Source of the DNA: Bdellovibrionia bacterium
GTDB taxonomy: Bacteria > Bdellovibrionota > UBA1018
Assembly (NCBI GenBank): GCA_040399745.1
Contig: JBBARP010000001.1
Coordinates: forward strand, 138,617-202,616
DNA: 64,000 nt
Direction: 5' to 3'
A program made the position numbers and the translations under genes. Shown in pieces: positions 26,935 through 36,829 of the stretch. A model generated the notes under the pieces. The model saw nothing but the letters and a program-made list of their open reading frames with translations, had not been told where the DNA came from and did no database searches. Numbering within the stretch: position 1 is the stretch's first letter; each line of letters opens with the position of its first letter.

Positions 26935-28256
26935 CACCGAATCGTTTCTACATTGAGCAAGCAAAAGAATTCGAAGGCAAAACGGTCACTCTGCGTGGCT
27001 GGGTGTATCAGCGCCGCAGTTCGGGCAAGATCAAGTTCCTGATCGTGCGCGACGGCACCGGCATCATGCAGACGGTTCTGTTCAAGGGCGAGTGCCCGGA
27101 TTCCGCTTTCGAAGACTTCGACCGCTTGACGCAGGAATCCTCGGTGGAAGTCACCGGGATGCTGCGCGCGGCGCCCCGCCAGCCAGGCGGCTACGAGGTC
27201 GGCGTTCAATCGCTGAAGATTCTACACATCGCCGAAGAGTACCCGATCACTCCGAAAGATCACGGCGTAGCGTTCTTGATGGAGCATCGCCACTTGTGGG
27301 TGCGAAGTCAGAAGCAGTGGGCGGCACTTCGTGTTCGTTCCGAAATTTTTCGCGCCATTCAGGAGTTTTTCGACAAGCGCGGCTTCACGCGTTTTGACGC
27401 TCCCATTCTGACTCCTTCGAGCTGTGAAGGCACCTCGACTTTGTTTGAGACTCCCTACTTCGACGGCAAGGCCTTCTTGTCTCAATCGGGCCAGCTCTAC
27501 GGCGAAGTCGGAGCCATGGCTTTTGGAAAAATTTATGTCTTCGGTCCGACCTTCCGGGCGGAAAAATCCCTGACTCGGAAGCACTTGACCGAGTTCTGGA
27601 TGGTCGAGCCCGAGATGGCTTTTTACGACCTAGAAGACAATATGGAGTTGGGCGAACAGTTCGTCGAGCACATCACCCAGACGGTTCTGGCCAATCGCGC
27701 GCGCGAGTTGGAAATCCTGGAGCGCGACCTGAAGAAGTTGGAATCGATCAAAGGCCCGTTCCCTCGAATTTCGTATGACGAGGCCATCAAGATCCTCGAG
27801 AAGCGCGGCGTGGGAATCCCCTGGGGTGAAGACTTCGGTGCGCCCCATGAAACGGCTTTGGGCGAGGAGTTCGGTGGAAGGCCTGTTTACGTTCACCACA
27901 TGCCCAGCCAGATTAAAGCGTTCTACTTCAAGCAGTCGGATTCGGTCGGCGGCCCCGGCGTCGAAGGCAACGGCAAATATGCTCTCGGTTGCGATCTGAT
28001 TGCTCCGGATGGTTACGGCGAAGTAATCGGGGGCGGTCAGCGCGAAGAAAACGTCGCTACCTTGCGCCGTCGGATCGCCGAGCATCAACTCGATGAAAAA
28101 GATTACAGCTGGTACCTCGATTTGCGGCGGTTTGGTTCCGTGCCCCATTCGGGTTTCGGTTTGGGAGTCGAGCGCACAGTGGCTTGGATGACGGGCGTTG
28201 AGCACGTTCGTGAAACCATTCCTTTCGCCCGGACGCCGAACGTCATTCGCCCCTGA
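26931..28256 (+). CDS. asnS: Asparagine--tRNA ligase
   Basis: OB-fold N-terminus, FLSQSGQLY, FRAEKS-TRKHLTEFWMVEPE, PHSGFGLGVER. Confidence 0.95.
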   Translation: MTPNRFYIEQAKEFEGKTVTLRGWVYQRRSSGKIKFLIVRDGTGIMQTVLFKGECPDSAFEDFDRLTQESSVEVTGMLRAAPRQPGGYEVGVQSLKILHIAEEYPITPKDHGVAFLMEHRHLWVRSQKQWAALRVRSEIFRAIQEFFDKRGFTRFDAPILTPSSCEGTSTLFETPYFDGKAFLSQSGQLYGEVGAMAFGKIYVFGPTFRAEKSLTRKHLTEFWMVEPEMAFYDLEDNMELGEQFVEHITQTVLANRARELEILERDLKKLESIKGPFPRISYDEAIKILEKRGVGIPWGEDFGAPHETALGEEFGGRPVYVHHMPSQIKAFYFKQSDSVGGPGVEGNGKYALGCDLIAPDGYGEVIGGGQREENVATLRRRIAEHQLDEKDYSWYLDLRRFGSVPHSGFGLGVERTVAWMTGVEHVRETIPFARTPNVIRP

Positions 28257-28271
28257 TGGGCTCGATTTGTC

Positions 28272-28736
28272 ATGCCTCATCAGTTGAATATCGTCCTCGT
28301 CGAGCCTGAGATTCCCCAGAACACGGGCTCGATTGGGCGAACGTGCCTAGCCACTGGCACTCGCTTGCATTTGATCGAGCCACTGGGTTTTGAGATTTCC
28401 CATTCTCGGCTCAGGCGAGCGGGCTTGGATTACTGGGAGCACCTGGATGTGAAGACCTGGCCTTCGGCCGAAGTTTTCTTCGAGGCGCTCGATCCTGCGG
28501 CACCGAAAGTGTTTCTGGCCAAGAGCTCAAAAAACTCGATCTATGAGCATCGATTCGAGCCGGGCACATGGATTTTCTTAGGAAGCGAGACCAAGGGCTT
28601 TCCGAAGTGGGTCATGGAGAAGTACTCGCCCTGGGCGGTATCCATTCCCATGTACGATGAGCGGGTTCGTTCGCTGAATCTGTCCAATGCCGCTTCGATC
28701 GTTCTTTACGAAGCGATCCGCCAGCTCGGTCCTTGA
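28272..28736 (+). CDS. trmL: tRNA (cytidine/uridine34-2'-O)-methyltransferase
   Basis: EPEIPQNTG, RRAGLDYW, GSETKG, RSLNLSN. Confidence 0.95.
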   Translation: MPHQLNIVLVEPEIPQNTGSIGRTCLATGTRLHLIEPLGFEISHSRLRRAGLDYWEHLDVKTWPSAEVFFEALDPAAPKVFLAKSSKNSIYEHRFEPGTWIFLGSETKGFPKWVMEKYSPWAVSIPMYDERVRSLNLSNAASIVLYEAIRQLGP

Positions 28737-28739
28737 GAC

Positions 28740-29261
28740 TCAGGCTCCCGATTTCCCGCCGCCGCCTTTGGGCTTGGAGTCGTCTCCAACGCCGTCCAGG
28801 CGGGTCAAAACGGACTGCAGGTCGCTTTGAGGCTCTTCCTCTGGGGCGACTGCATCGCTGGATAGGTCTGAGCCTAAGCCGCGCTTTTCAAGCTCTCGCT
28901 TCATGCGCTGCATGGCATCGTCGGTGCGGCGCAGCCGCTCGGCCATGGCTGCAATCATCGTTTTCAGGAAGCTCGGAACCTGTTGATAGATGACATCGAG
29001 CGCTTCGAATTGAATTTCAAGCGCAGTCACTTCGGTCAGTGCCACCGCTGAAGCCACACGCGGAGCACGATCAAAGAAGGACATCTCGCCCAGAACTTCG
29101 TTTGAGAAAAGTCGCGCGAGCTCGACCTCGCTGCTGCCGGCGCGTTTCTTCACCGCGACACTGCCCTTTTGGATGATGAAGAGCGATTCGGCGGCATCGT
29201 TTTCACGAAACAAGAACTGGCCGGGACGGAAATATCTTTCTGCAGGCTTTTGGGGCGACAT
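28740..29261 (-). CDS. Cyclic-nucleotide-binding domain protein without HTH
   Basis: LFRENDAAESLFIIQKGSV...LGEMSFFDRAPRVASA. Confidence 0.85.
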   Translation of the reverse strand: MSPQKPAERYFRPGQFLFRENDAAESLFIIQKGSVAVKKRAGSSEVELARLFSNEVLGEMSFFDRAPRVASAVALTEVTALEIQFEALDVIYQQVPSFLKTMIAAMAERLRRTDDAMQRMKRELEKRGLGSDLSSDAVAPEEEPQSDLQSVLTRLDGVGDDSKPKGGGGKSGA

Positions 29262-29307
29262 ACGTTTCAGTCTTGCATGGAGACGCTCAGGCCTCAATAT
29301 GGTTGGC

Positions 29308-29751
29308 ATGAAGCCCGCTGTGGACCGTTTGTTCGATGACTATGCCGCTCATCACCGGACGCGCGGGAATCATTTCTGCCATTCCGTCGGCATTCCTCTG
29401 ATCTTGATCACGCTCCTCGGATTGCTTTCACGAGTTCAGTTCGACACGGGCTTGTCTTGGCCGCTAGACGGTGGAGTGATTCTGTTGATCGTCGCGATGG
29501 TGGGCTATCTTTGGCTGGATTGGAAACTTGCGCTTCCTTTTGGTCTCTTCGTGCTGGGCGGATACGCTTTGGGCAAAAGTCTTTCACTTGAGATGCAATG
29601 GGCTGGGTTTGTACTGGGCTGGGTTTTTCAGGGAATCGGTCACCGAATTTTTGAAAAAAACTCGCCCGCGTTCTTCTCGAACGTTCGCCATCTCTTGATC
29701 GGACCTTTTTGGCTCTTTGCAGGATGGGTCCGTTACTCACGAAGCGTTTGA
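29308..29751 (+). CDS. DUF962 / Mpo1-like membrane protein
   Basis: YAAHH...HSVGIP, FQGIGHRIFEKNSPAF, LIGPFW. Confidence 0.85.
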   Translation: MKPAVDRLFDDYAAHHRTRGNHFCHSVGIPLILITLLGLLSRVQFDTGLSWPLDGGVILLIVAMVGYLWLDWKLALPFGLFVLGGYALGKSLSLEMQWAGFVLGWVFQGIGHRIFEKNSPAFFSNVRHLLIGPFWLFAGWVRYSRSV

Positions 29752-29794
29752 CAGGTTCAGGCATCCGGGAATAAACCGGAGGTTCTCGGGGGAG

Positions 29795-31390
29795 ATGGAA
29801 GTGAACGCGTCAGAAAACGTGCGCTCTGCGCAGCCTGTCTTGTCGCAAGCGGTTCTTCTGCAGTTGTCGGGAGTGACCAAAGAGTTTCCAGGGACGCGTG
29901 CCCTGGACGGGGTTTTCCTGCAGGTGGCTGCGGGCGAAGTGCTCAGCCTTTTGGGCGAGAACGGCGCTGGGAAGTCCACCTTGATGAAAATTCTCTCAGG
30001 CGTTTGGCCTGCAGGGAGCTTCGGTGGCGAGATCCAAATCGAAGGACGCCCGGTGGCTTTCGCGGACACACGCGGAGCGATGGATGCCGGCATTGCCATG
30101 ATCCATCAAGAGCTCTCGGTTTTCCCGGAGCTGACGATCAGTGAGCACCTGGAGCTGGACCGCCTTCCGCGCATCATCGACTGGGCAGCGGTTCATGCGC
30201 GAACTCAGGTTTTCCTCGATCAGTTGGGTTTGGGTCTTCGAGCGCAGACTCGAGTGGGCGACTTACCCGTCGGAGGTCGGCAACTCGTAGAAATTGCCCG
30301 AGCGCTTTATCGCAATGCGCGCATCTTGGTTTTTGACGAGCCGACTTCGGCACTCACCGACCAGGAAGTGATTCGACTTTACTCGATCATTGACCGACTG
30401 CGTACTGAGGGGCGCGCGATCATTTACATCACCCACCGGATGGACGAAGTGTTCCGCTTGTCCGACCGCATGGTCGTGCTCCGCGATGGCCGCAAGGTCG
30501 ACGAATTTTCGGCTTGGCGCGACGGTGCTCGGATTTCGCGTCAGGAGCTTGAGCCGCGCATCATCACTTCGATGGTGGGCCGCGCAATCGAGGACATCTA
30601 CCCACCCAAATGCGCCATTCAGGGCGAGGAGCTGCTTCGCGTAGAGGGCTTGAATCTGATCAAGCCGCCTTCGCGCCATAAATTGAAAGATGTTTCCTTC
30701 TCGGTTCGTGCCGGTGAAGTGGTCGGTCTAGCAGGACTCTTGGGCGCTGGAAGGTCCGAGATTCTGGAGAGCCTTTTCGGAGTTCTCGAAGGTTCCGGTC
30801 CGCGCGGTTCGGGTTACAAGGTTACCGGAAAAGTCTTCCTCCGGGGGAAAGAGCGGAACCTTCGCGTGCCTTCAGACGCAATCGGTGCCCGGATGGCGTT
30901 TGTCTCCGAGGACCGAAAAGGCTCGGGCTTAGTGCTCGGACAATCCATTCGCAGCAACTTGACGCTTCCTTGGCTTGCTCAAGGCGGCAGTGCTTGGAGC
31001 TGGGTCGACTCGCGACAGGAAACTCAGCAGGTGGCTCACTGGGTAAAAGAGCTTCGCGTGAAATGCGCGAGTGTTGATCAACCCGTGGGGCAGCTCTCGG
31101 GCGGAAATCAACAAAAGGTGGTTCTGGCGAAGTGGCTTCTGACTCAGCCTGAAATCCTTTTCTTGGACGAGCCTACCCGCGGCATCGATGTGGGTGCCAA
31201 GGTTGAAATCTATCAGTGGATTCAGAAACTAGCGGCCCAAGGGATCGGCATCATTGTCGCATCGAGCGAGATGCCTGAACTATTGGGGCTGTGTCACCGC
31301 GTGGTGGTGTTGCGAGAGGGGCATGTATCGGCTCAACTCGCCGGCGCCGCAGCCACGCAAGAAGATATCATGAGGGCAGCGTCACTATGA
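29795..31390 (+). CDS. Monosaccharide ABC transporter ATP-binding protein (XylG/RbsA-like)
   Basis: Two ABC domains: GENGAGKST, LSGGNQQK, DEPTRGIDVGAK. Confidence 0.93.
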   Translation: MEVNASENVRSAQPVLSQAVLLQLSGVTKEFPGTRALDGVFLQVAAGEVLSLLGENGAGKSTLMKILSGVWPAGSFGGEIQIEGRPVAFADTRGAMDAGIAMIHQELSVFPELTISEHLELDRLPRIIDWAAVHARTQVFLDQLGLGLRAQTRVGDLPVGGRQLVEIARALYRNARILVFDEPTSALTDQEVIRLYSIIDRLRTEGRAIIYITHRMDEVFRLSDRMVVLRDGRKVDEFSAWRDGARISRQELEPRIITSMVGRAIEDIYPPKCAIQGEELLRVEGLNLIKPPSRHKLKDVSFSVRAGEVVGLAGLLGAGRSEILESLFGVLEGSGPRGSGYKVTGKVFLRGKERNLRVPSDAIGARMAFVSEDRKGSGLVLGQSIRSNLTLPWLAQGGSAWSWVDSRQETQQVAHWVKELRVKCASVDQPVGQLSGGNQQKVVLAKWLLTQPEILFLDEPTRGIDVGAKVEIYQWIQKLAAQGIGIIVASSEMPELLGLCHRVVVLREGHVSAQLAGAAATQEDIMRAASL

Positions 31391-32577
31391 GCAGCAGCGC
31401 GACCACCACGGCAATGGGTTCTCCTTCGATTTCCTCCCCGGTCTCTTCCTCGGCTCCAGCTATCGATTGGCGCGCTTACCGCAGCGTCATCGGCCTGGGG
31501 CTGGTGATGCTGATCCTGGCTTATCTCACCGACTGGGATTTTGTTTCAGCTCGGAACCTGACGAACCTCAGTCGCCAGGTAGCGATCAACGGGATTTTGG
31601 CTGTGGGGATGACCTTCGTCATCTTGATTGGCGGCATCGATCTTTCCGTGGGATCGGTTGCAGCGCTCTCAGGAGTCGTGGCCGGTCTGCTTCAAGTCAA
31701 CGTGGGCTTGGCGCAGTGGCAGGGCGGCGGCGAAGTGGGCGGCGCGCTGATCTCGATGGGTGCTGCCATCCTGACGGGCCTCTTTTGCGGTGTTTTTAAC
31801 GGGTTTCTCATTACCCGCTACCGCATCGCGCCCTTCATCATCACTTTGGGGATGATGGTCATTTCGCGCGGTTTGGCGCTGATTGTTTCCGATGGCGCAG
31901 CCATTGCGCCTCTGGGCGACACGTTCAATGCCCTGGGGCAAAATTACTTGCCGATCCCGCTGACGCTCGCGTTGGTAGGGTTGGCGGGACTCGGTTTTGC
32001 TTCGAGCCAAGTTCTTCGCAAAGAACGCACTGGCGAAAACTGGATGAACGCGGGTTTCACCTTGGCAGTCACTGGAATCGCGCTTTGGGCGTTCCAAGGC
32101 TACCGGGGCTTACCTCTTCCTGTTTTGATTTTCGCGCTCCTCGGTTGGGTGGGATCGCTCGTACTTCAGCGCATGCGGCTGGGGCGTTTCATCCTCGCGA
32201 TCGGTGGAAACTCGGAAGCCGCCTGGCTGGCAGGCGTTCCCATTCGGAAGATCACTTTTGGGATCTACGTCACCTTGGGCGCGCTGGCCGGACTTTGCGG
32301 CGCGATTCTTTCGGCTCGCTTGAACGGTGCGCTTCCCACGGCAGGGGATCTGTTTGAACTCGACGCCATCGCAGCCGTTGTCATCGGTGGCACGAGCTTG
32401 CTGGGCGGGATTGGCACGGTCCGCGGTTCGATCTTGGGTGCCTTCTTTATCGGCGCTTTGAACAACGGGATGAGCCTGATGGGAGTGAGTGAGTTTTACC
32501 AAAAGGTGATCAAGGGTGTGATCATCATCCTGGCCGTCTGGTTCGATACCCGCCAGAGCCGCGCCCCGAGAACTTAA
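31387..32577 (+). CDS. Monosaccharide ABC transporter permease (XylH/RbsC-like)
   Basis: GGIDLSVGS, AIGGNSEAA, ELDAIAAVVIGGTSL. Confidence 0.93.
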   Translation: MSSSATTTAMGSPSISSPVSSSAPAIDWRAYRSVIGLGLVMLILAYLTDWDFVSARNLTNLSRQVAINGILAVGMTFVILIGGIDLSVGSVAALSGVVAGLLQVNVGLAQWQGGGEVGGALISMGAAILTGLFCGVFNGFLITRYRIAPFIITLGMMVISRGLALIVSDGAAIAPLGDTFNALGQNYLPIPLTLALVGLAGLGFASSQVLRKERTGENWMNAGFTLAVTGIALWAFQGYRGLPLPVLIFALLGWVGSLVLQRMRLGRFILAIGGNSEAAWLAGVPIRKITFGIYVTLGALAGLCGAILSARLNGALPTAGDLFELDAIAAVVIGGTSLLGGIGTVRGSILGAFFIGALNNGMSLMGVSEFYQKVIKGVIIILAVWFDTRQSRAPRT

Positions 32578-33061
32578 AGCGAATCCAGAGTTCCCAACCC
32601 AAGGCAAAAAGTCCGATCGCTTCCGCAGTCAGCGTGACTGGATTCAGAAGCGAGTGGGCGTGTTCGCTCGCTAGCGCGTAGGGGATTGAGCCGAAAGTGG
32701 CGCCGCGAAGGGGAAAGAGCAAAGCCTGGAGCGCGGAGAGGTCGGGAGCATGCAGGAGGCGGTCGCTGAAAGCATCGAGAACCAGGTGTGTGGCGGCACC
32801 CAAGCTCAGTGCGGCCCCCGCGCGGGATCGCCGGATCCAGCTTGCGGCTAGAAGCAGCAGAAGGAAAATTCCAGTGTGGCCTATGGTGCGCGTGCCCACC
32901 AACCAGCTGGAATGAATTTCGAGAATGCGAAAGCCGTAAAAGAGGGGCTTATCGATCAAATCGGGAAGCAGGGTTCCGATCGCAAGCGCGCGTAGGGAAA
33001 GACCTCGAGACCAGGGCTGAGCGAGTTTGAGTCCGATGCCGATATGGCCAAAGATGAACAT
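32525..33061 (-). CDS. Membrane metal-dependent hydrolase (YdjM/DUF457-like)
   Basis: GH..., LLPDLIDKP, RTIGHT, THLVLD. Confidence 0.8.
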   Translation of the reverse strand: MFIFGHIGIGLKLAQPWSRGLSLRALAIGTLLPDLIDKPLFYGFRILEIHSSWLVGTRTIGHTGIFLLLLLAASWIRRSRAGAALSLGAATHLVLDAFSDRLLHAPDLSALQALLFPLRGATFGSIPYALASEHAHSLLNPVTLTAEAIGLFALGWELWIRFKFSGRGSGGYRTRRPG

Positions 33062-33079
33062 CTCAGAGGGTTCCTCGGA

Positions 33080-35911
33080 TTACTTCCGCGTTCGAGAGCG
33101 CTCCCATTCGAGCGCTTTCTCTTGGTAGCGGAGCTTCACTTTGTGGAACAGGCTTTCGTTTCGGCCGATGCGCTGAAGGTAATCAGCAGGGTCGGCTTCA
33201 CCGCCTCCTCGCGAGAAAGCGTGGCCCAGGAGCCCGCCCGGCGGCAGGGTGCCAAAATCCATGAGCCGCGCGGCATCTTGGTTGGAGTCGGACTCCGAAT
33301 TTCCCCAGCCCATGAGGCTATCGTCCCAGCCATTTTCGCTCGGTGAATTCGATGCAGGCGCGCGCTTCTCGGAGAGAGCGGCTTTCTCTGACTCGCTCGT
33401 GCCTGTGCTCAGTTCCGCGGCGCGGTTTCCGTCGGGCAGCGCCGGAGGTGTCGAGGTGCCTGAACCAAGAGCGCTCGTCGCGCCACTCGATCCGCTCCCG
33501 CCGCTGGATCCAAAAAATGAGCTCAGACGCGAGCCAAAGGACGCACTGTTTGGATTGGCGCCACTCGAGCCTTCAGGTCCACTCCGGCTTTCATTCCCTG
33601 CGACCGCTCCCGATTGGCGAAGCGTGGTGTTCCAGTCGGTTCCACTGGCTTCGCTCTTGGATAGTGTTGCCCCTAAGTTTTGGCTGAGCTCAAGGCCCAA
33701 GCTGCTTCGATGATTTCCTGGGCCGTCTGCCAATGCATCGGCGTTCATGACGTCTTGGTTGGCTGAAATCAGGAGGCCATTTCCAGCTGCCGTTTCCGAG
33801 CCTGGGCACTCCAAGACGTCAGCAGAAGGATTACAAGTGCTTTGCGCCAGTTCAATCGAAGCGCCCAGGTCGTCGCGTTTACAGCCGTTAGGACAGCTCC
33901 AACTCACCACGCACTTTTGAGCCATCGTGACTTCGCGGTCCCGGCAAGTAGCGAGTTGAGACGTCCACTCGGCGTAGACTGCTGCGTGCGCCTGAATTTC
34001 GGCTATTTTCGCGTTTTCAAGGCCACTTCCGAGCGAAGCATTTCTCAGGGTTTGAATCTGCGCTTGATCGGATTTGCGGCAAGCGTCGATCTTCCCTTGA
34101 AGGTCTTTGCCACTGGCGCCGCTCGCGCATAGGTCCTGTTTCCAGGCAGTGTCCCCGCACGTCGTGGTTCGTGCGCCTCCTCCTCCAGACAGTGCGCTGA
34201 AAAAATTGCATCCAGCGGCTTGAGCTTCAGAAATAGGAAGCCATGCCAGAAGGCGCGCGAGCGCTTGAGTCCAAAAGGATTTGGGCTGACGAAGCTCCGA
34301 GTGCTCTTTCTGCGCAGTTCGGTAGTAGTCGCCCGAAGCGCGCCTCAGAAGGGATCGCGCCGTGAAGCTCCACTGGCAGTAAGCCAATTGAGCGGTGCCC
34401 AGGGCTTCGATCTTCCAAGCCGCCGAGGCAAGAAAGCAGAGGCTCGGCTGTTTTCCCGAGAATTCACGCTCCAGCTGCGCCCAGCCGCTGCCGCCAACGC
34501 TCAGATCGCGGGCGCCAGTTGAAGCTTGGAGTGAGCAGTCTTGGAGAGAGAGGGGCGCAAGAAGCGCCTTGGCTCCCGCTTTCGGATCGGGCGCAGGAAG
34601 GCGCGCTTCTAGACGCGACACCACAGCGTTTCGAAGGGCATCGAGATCTTTTTGCAGTTTCTCGCAGCCGGTCGCAGGGGGCTGGGTTCCGCTCAGTCGT
34701 CCAAAGGAAGCAATTTTTGCTCGGTTTTGCGCGACAAAAGTATCCCAGCCTTGGAAGCGACTCTCGAGCGGACGAAGGAAGCCTTTCTTCAGTTCCTCGT
34801 CACGGATCTCGGCCATCAATTCCATGAGGGCTTGGATGCTCTCGCCATTCACGCGGGCTGATTTTTTCAGGAATCGACTGGTAGGTCCGTTGATTCGGTT
34901 TTTCTGAGAGCACTGGACGTGATTGGACCAGTCGCCACTCTTGGCTTCGAAGAAGTCGTTCTCGTATTGGCCTGAGCTTGCGCTCTTAAACCAGCGCGAT
35001 TCTCCGTTTCGGGTGTTGGCGATCCCGTGGAGTGCAGTCGATTGACACGCTTCTGCCTCCGGAAAAATTGGGAACTCAACGATTTGATCGGCGCTTGGTG
35101 CCCCGAGTAAATCCGGTAAATAGCCTTGATAGAGACCGCGAATGATTTTTTTTCCCGAATACTTCGCGTCGGGGTGGTCCACGCTCAGTTGGTTCGAGCC
35201 TGCGACGGCGATCCGAACCATGCGTTCAAAAAGGCCTGCCGTAAACTCCCGGAGCTTTTGATCGTCCTTCAGACTCTTCGGAAAAGTGCTGCCATCGGGA
35301 CGTGTGGGTGGGGTCGGCGGAATCAGTCGGTTGGACTTCGGGAATTCCCAGCTCTTTCGAACATCATTCGGATGAAGCTGAATGCCTAAGAGGACCGAGT
35401 TTCCGTATCCAGATTGCGAAGAGGCTTCGTTTACCAATTCTCGAAACGTTTCACCGAGCGGGGTTCGCAGGTAATTCTCGAAAGCGTAGACGCAGCGGTC
35501 GACGTCGCCCGCAGGAAGGTCAAGGCCCGACGTAGCCGGGGCGTCCATCAAAGAATCAAAAGTGAGGTCGGCACTGCCTCCTAAAAAGTCGCGAGCTGCC
35601 GTGAGCGCGCTTTGCCAATCGCTGGTTTGATCCGAACTGAGCGTTCCAGCCGTGCCCAGCTTTTGCGAAAGACTCGCGCTGGGCTGCAGCGTTTTGATCC
35701 ACTCCCCAAAGGCCGTTTTTGCGGCGCCCCGGTCTAAGCTTGCGCCTGAGCAGGTGCCGCAGATGGAGTTCGGGAGTTGCGGCAGGGTGTCTGGGCAAGA
35801 GTAGGCTTGCGCCTGGGGGGATTCGAGCGCGAAGATTCCCAAGGCAAGGGCCCAGTGCCCGAGCCCTCGACTCCAAAGGTGTGCGAATTGTCGGAAGTCC
35901 CAAAGAGGCAT
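33080..35911 (-). CDS. Large secreted Cys-rich hypothetical protein (943 aa)
   Basis: Long ORF, N-terminal signal ending AQA, many Cys, Ser/Gly-rich C-terminal region. Confidence 0.75.
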   Translation of the reverse strand: MPLWDFRQFAHLWSRGLGHWALALGIFALESPQAQAYSCPDTLPQLPNSICGTCSGASLDRGAAKTAFGEWIKTLQPSASLSQKLGTAGTLSSDQTSDWQSALTAARDFLGGSADLTFDSLMDAPATSGLDLPAGDVDRCVYAFENYLRTPLGETFRELVNEASSQSGYGNSVLLGIQLHPNDVRKSWEFPKSNRLIPPTPPTRPDGSTFPKSLKDDQKLREFTAGLFERMVRIAVAGSNQLSVDHPDAKYSGKKIIRGLYQGYLPDLLGAPSADQIVEFPIFPEAEACQSTALHGIANTRNGESRWFKSASSGQYENDFFEAKSGDWSNHVQCSQKNRINGPTSRFLKKSARVNGESIQALMELMAEIRDEELKKGFLRPLESRFQGWDTFVAQNRAKIASFGRLSGTQPPATGCEKLQKDLDALRNAVVSRLEARLPAPDPKAGAKALLAPLSLQDCSLQASTGARDLSVGGSGWAQLEREFSGKQPSLCFLASAAWKIEALGTAQLAYCQWSFTARSLLRRASGDYYRTAQKEHSELRQPKSFWTQALARLLAWLPISEAQAAGCNFFSALSGGGGARTTTCGDTAWKQDLCASGASGKDLQGKIDACRKSDQAQIQTLRNASLGSGLENAKIAEIQAHAAVYAEWTSQLATCRDREVTMAQKCVVSWSCPNGCKRDDLGASIELAQSTCNPSADVLECPGSETAAGNGLLISANQDVMNADALADGPGNHRSSLGLELSQNLGATLSKSEASGTDWNTTLRQSGAVAGNESRSGPEGSSGANPNSASFGSRLSSFFGSSGGSGSSGATSALGSGTSTPPALPDGNRAAELSTGTSESEKAALSEKRAPASNSPSENGWDDSLMGWGNSESDSNQDAARLMDFGTLPPGGLLGHAFSRGGGEADPADYLQRIGRNESLFHKVKLRYQEKALEWERSRTRK

Positions 35912-35991
35912 GAATCCCCGATCCCTCTTTTAAGTAAACTATTTTTGTCAGGAATTGGCAAGTCAGCGATTCCTGAGGTGAAACTCAAAAC

Positions 35992-36777
35992 ATGATCTAC
36001 TTAATTGGAATTATTGGGTTTTTATCGAGCCTCGCCCAGGCGACGACTTTTTCAGACCGACCCTTTGAAGACCGCGTCCAGGATGCGCCGGCCGTGGTTC
36101 GGGGGCGGGTGGGGATGAGCTACGTGGATTGGGGGGTGGGACCGGATGGGAAGCGCCGCCTCTATACGATTTACGAGCTTCAGGGCGAGGAAGTGTTTAA
36201 AGGCGAATTTTCCGATCCGGCGCGGATTCTGATGCGCGAACTGGGCGGGGAAAAAAATGGCGTGGGAATGCAGGTTTCCGGAGCCGCCCATTTTGAGCGA
36301 GGCGAGGACGTCGTCGTGTTCTTGGGGCCCCGCAACGCGGATGCGACCCATGACCTTCGCGGCTTGATGCTGGGGCGCTACGGCGTCGCGAAAGACGAAG
36401 AGGGCCAAGAGTACCTCCCCGACGCAGACACGCCTTTGGCCCTTCATCCCGATGCTCGCGATCACGCCGAGTGGGCGCAAGATGGCACTCGCCGTGTCAG
36501 GAAGTGGACGCTCACGGCTCTTCGCCAAGTGATCTCGGAACAAGCGCGCGAAAAGCGCGACGGACCGGGAAAGGGAACTCCTTCAGAGGAAACAGGCACT
36601 TCCCCGAATCCCGCACTGGGTGCGTCTACCGGGGCAAAAGATTCAGGAAATACGGCACCTGCCTTGCAACCTGAAGAGATTGACCCGGAGAACCGGGATT
36701 CAGGGAAATGGATTCTCTGGGTTCTGGGAGCGCTCTTGGTCGGCCTCGGTTGGGGATTCCTGCGACGCCGTCGCTAG
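35992..36777 (+). CDS. Hypothetical exported protein with C-terminal TM plus RRRR anchor
   Basis: Signal ending AQA, ATT...VVRGRV beta domain, low-complexity linker, WILWVLGALLVGLGWGFLRRRR. Confidence 0.75.
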   Translation: MIYLIGIIGFLSSLAQATTFSDRPFEDRVQDAPAVVRGRVGMSYVDWGVGPDGKRRLYTIYELQGEEVFKGEFSDPARILMRELGGEKNGVGMQVSGAAHFERGEDVVVFLGPRNADATHDLRGLMLGRYGVAKDEEGQEYLPDADTPLALHPDARDHAEWAQDGTRRVRKWTLTALRQVISEQAREKRDGPGKGTPSEETGTSPNPALGASTGAKDSGNTAPALQPEEIDPENRDSGKWILWVLGALLVGLGWGFLRRRR

Positions 36778-36829
36778 GAGTACTTCTTTCGCGGCCTGAA
36801 TCGCTCGATTCAAACAGGGAGTCTCACGG

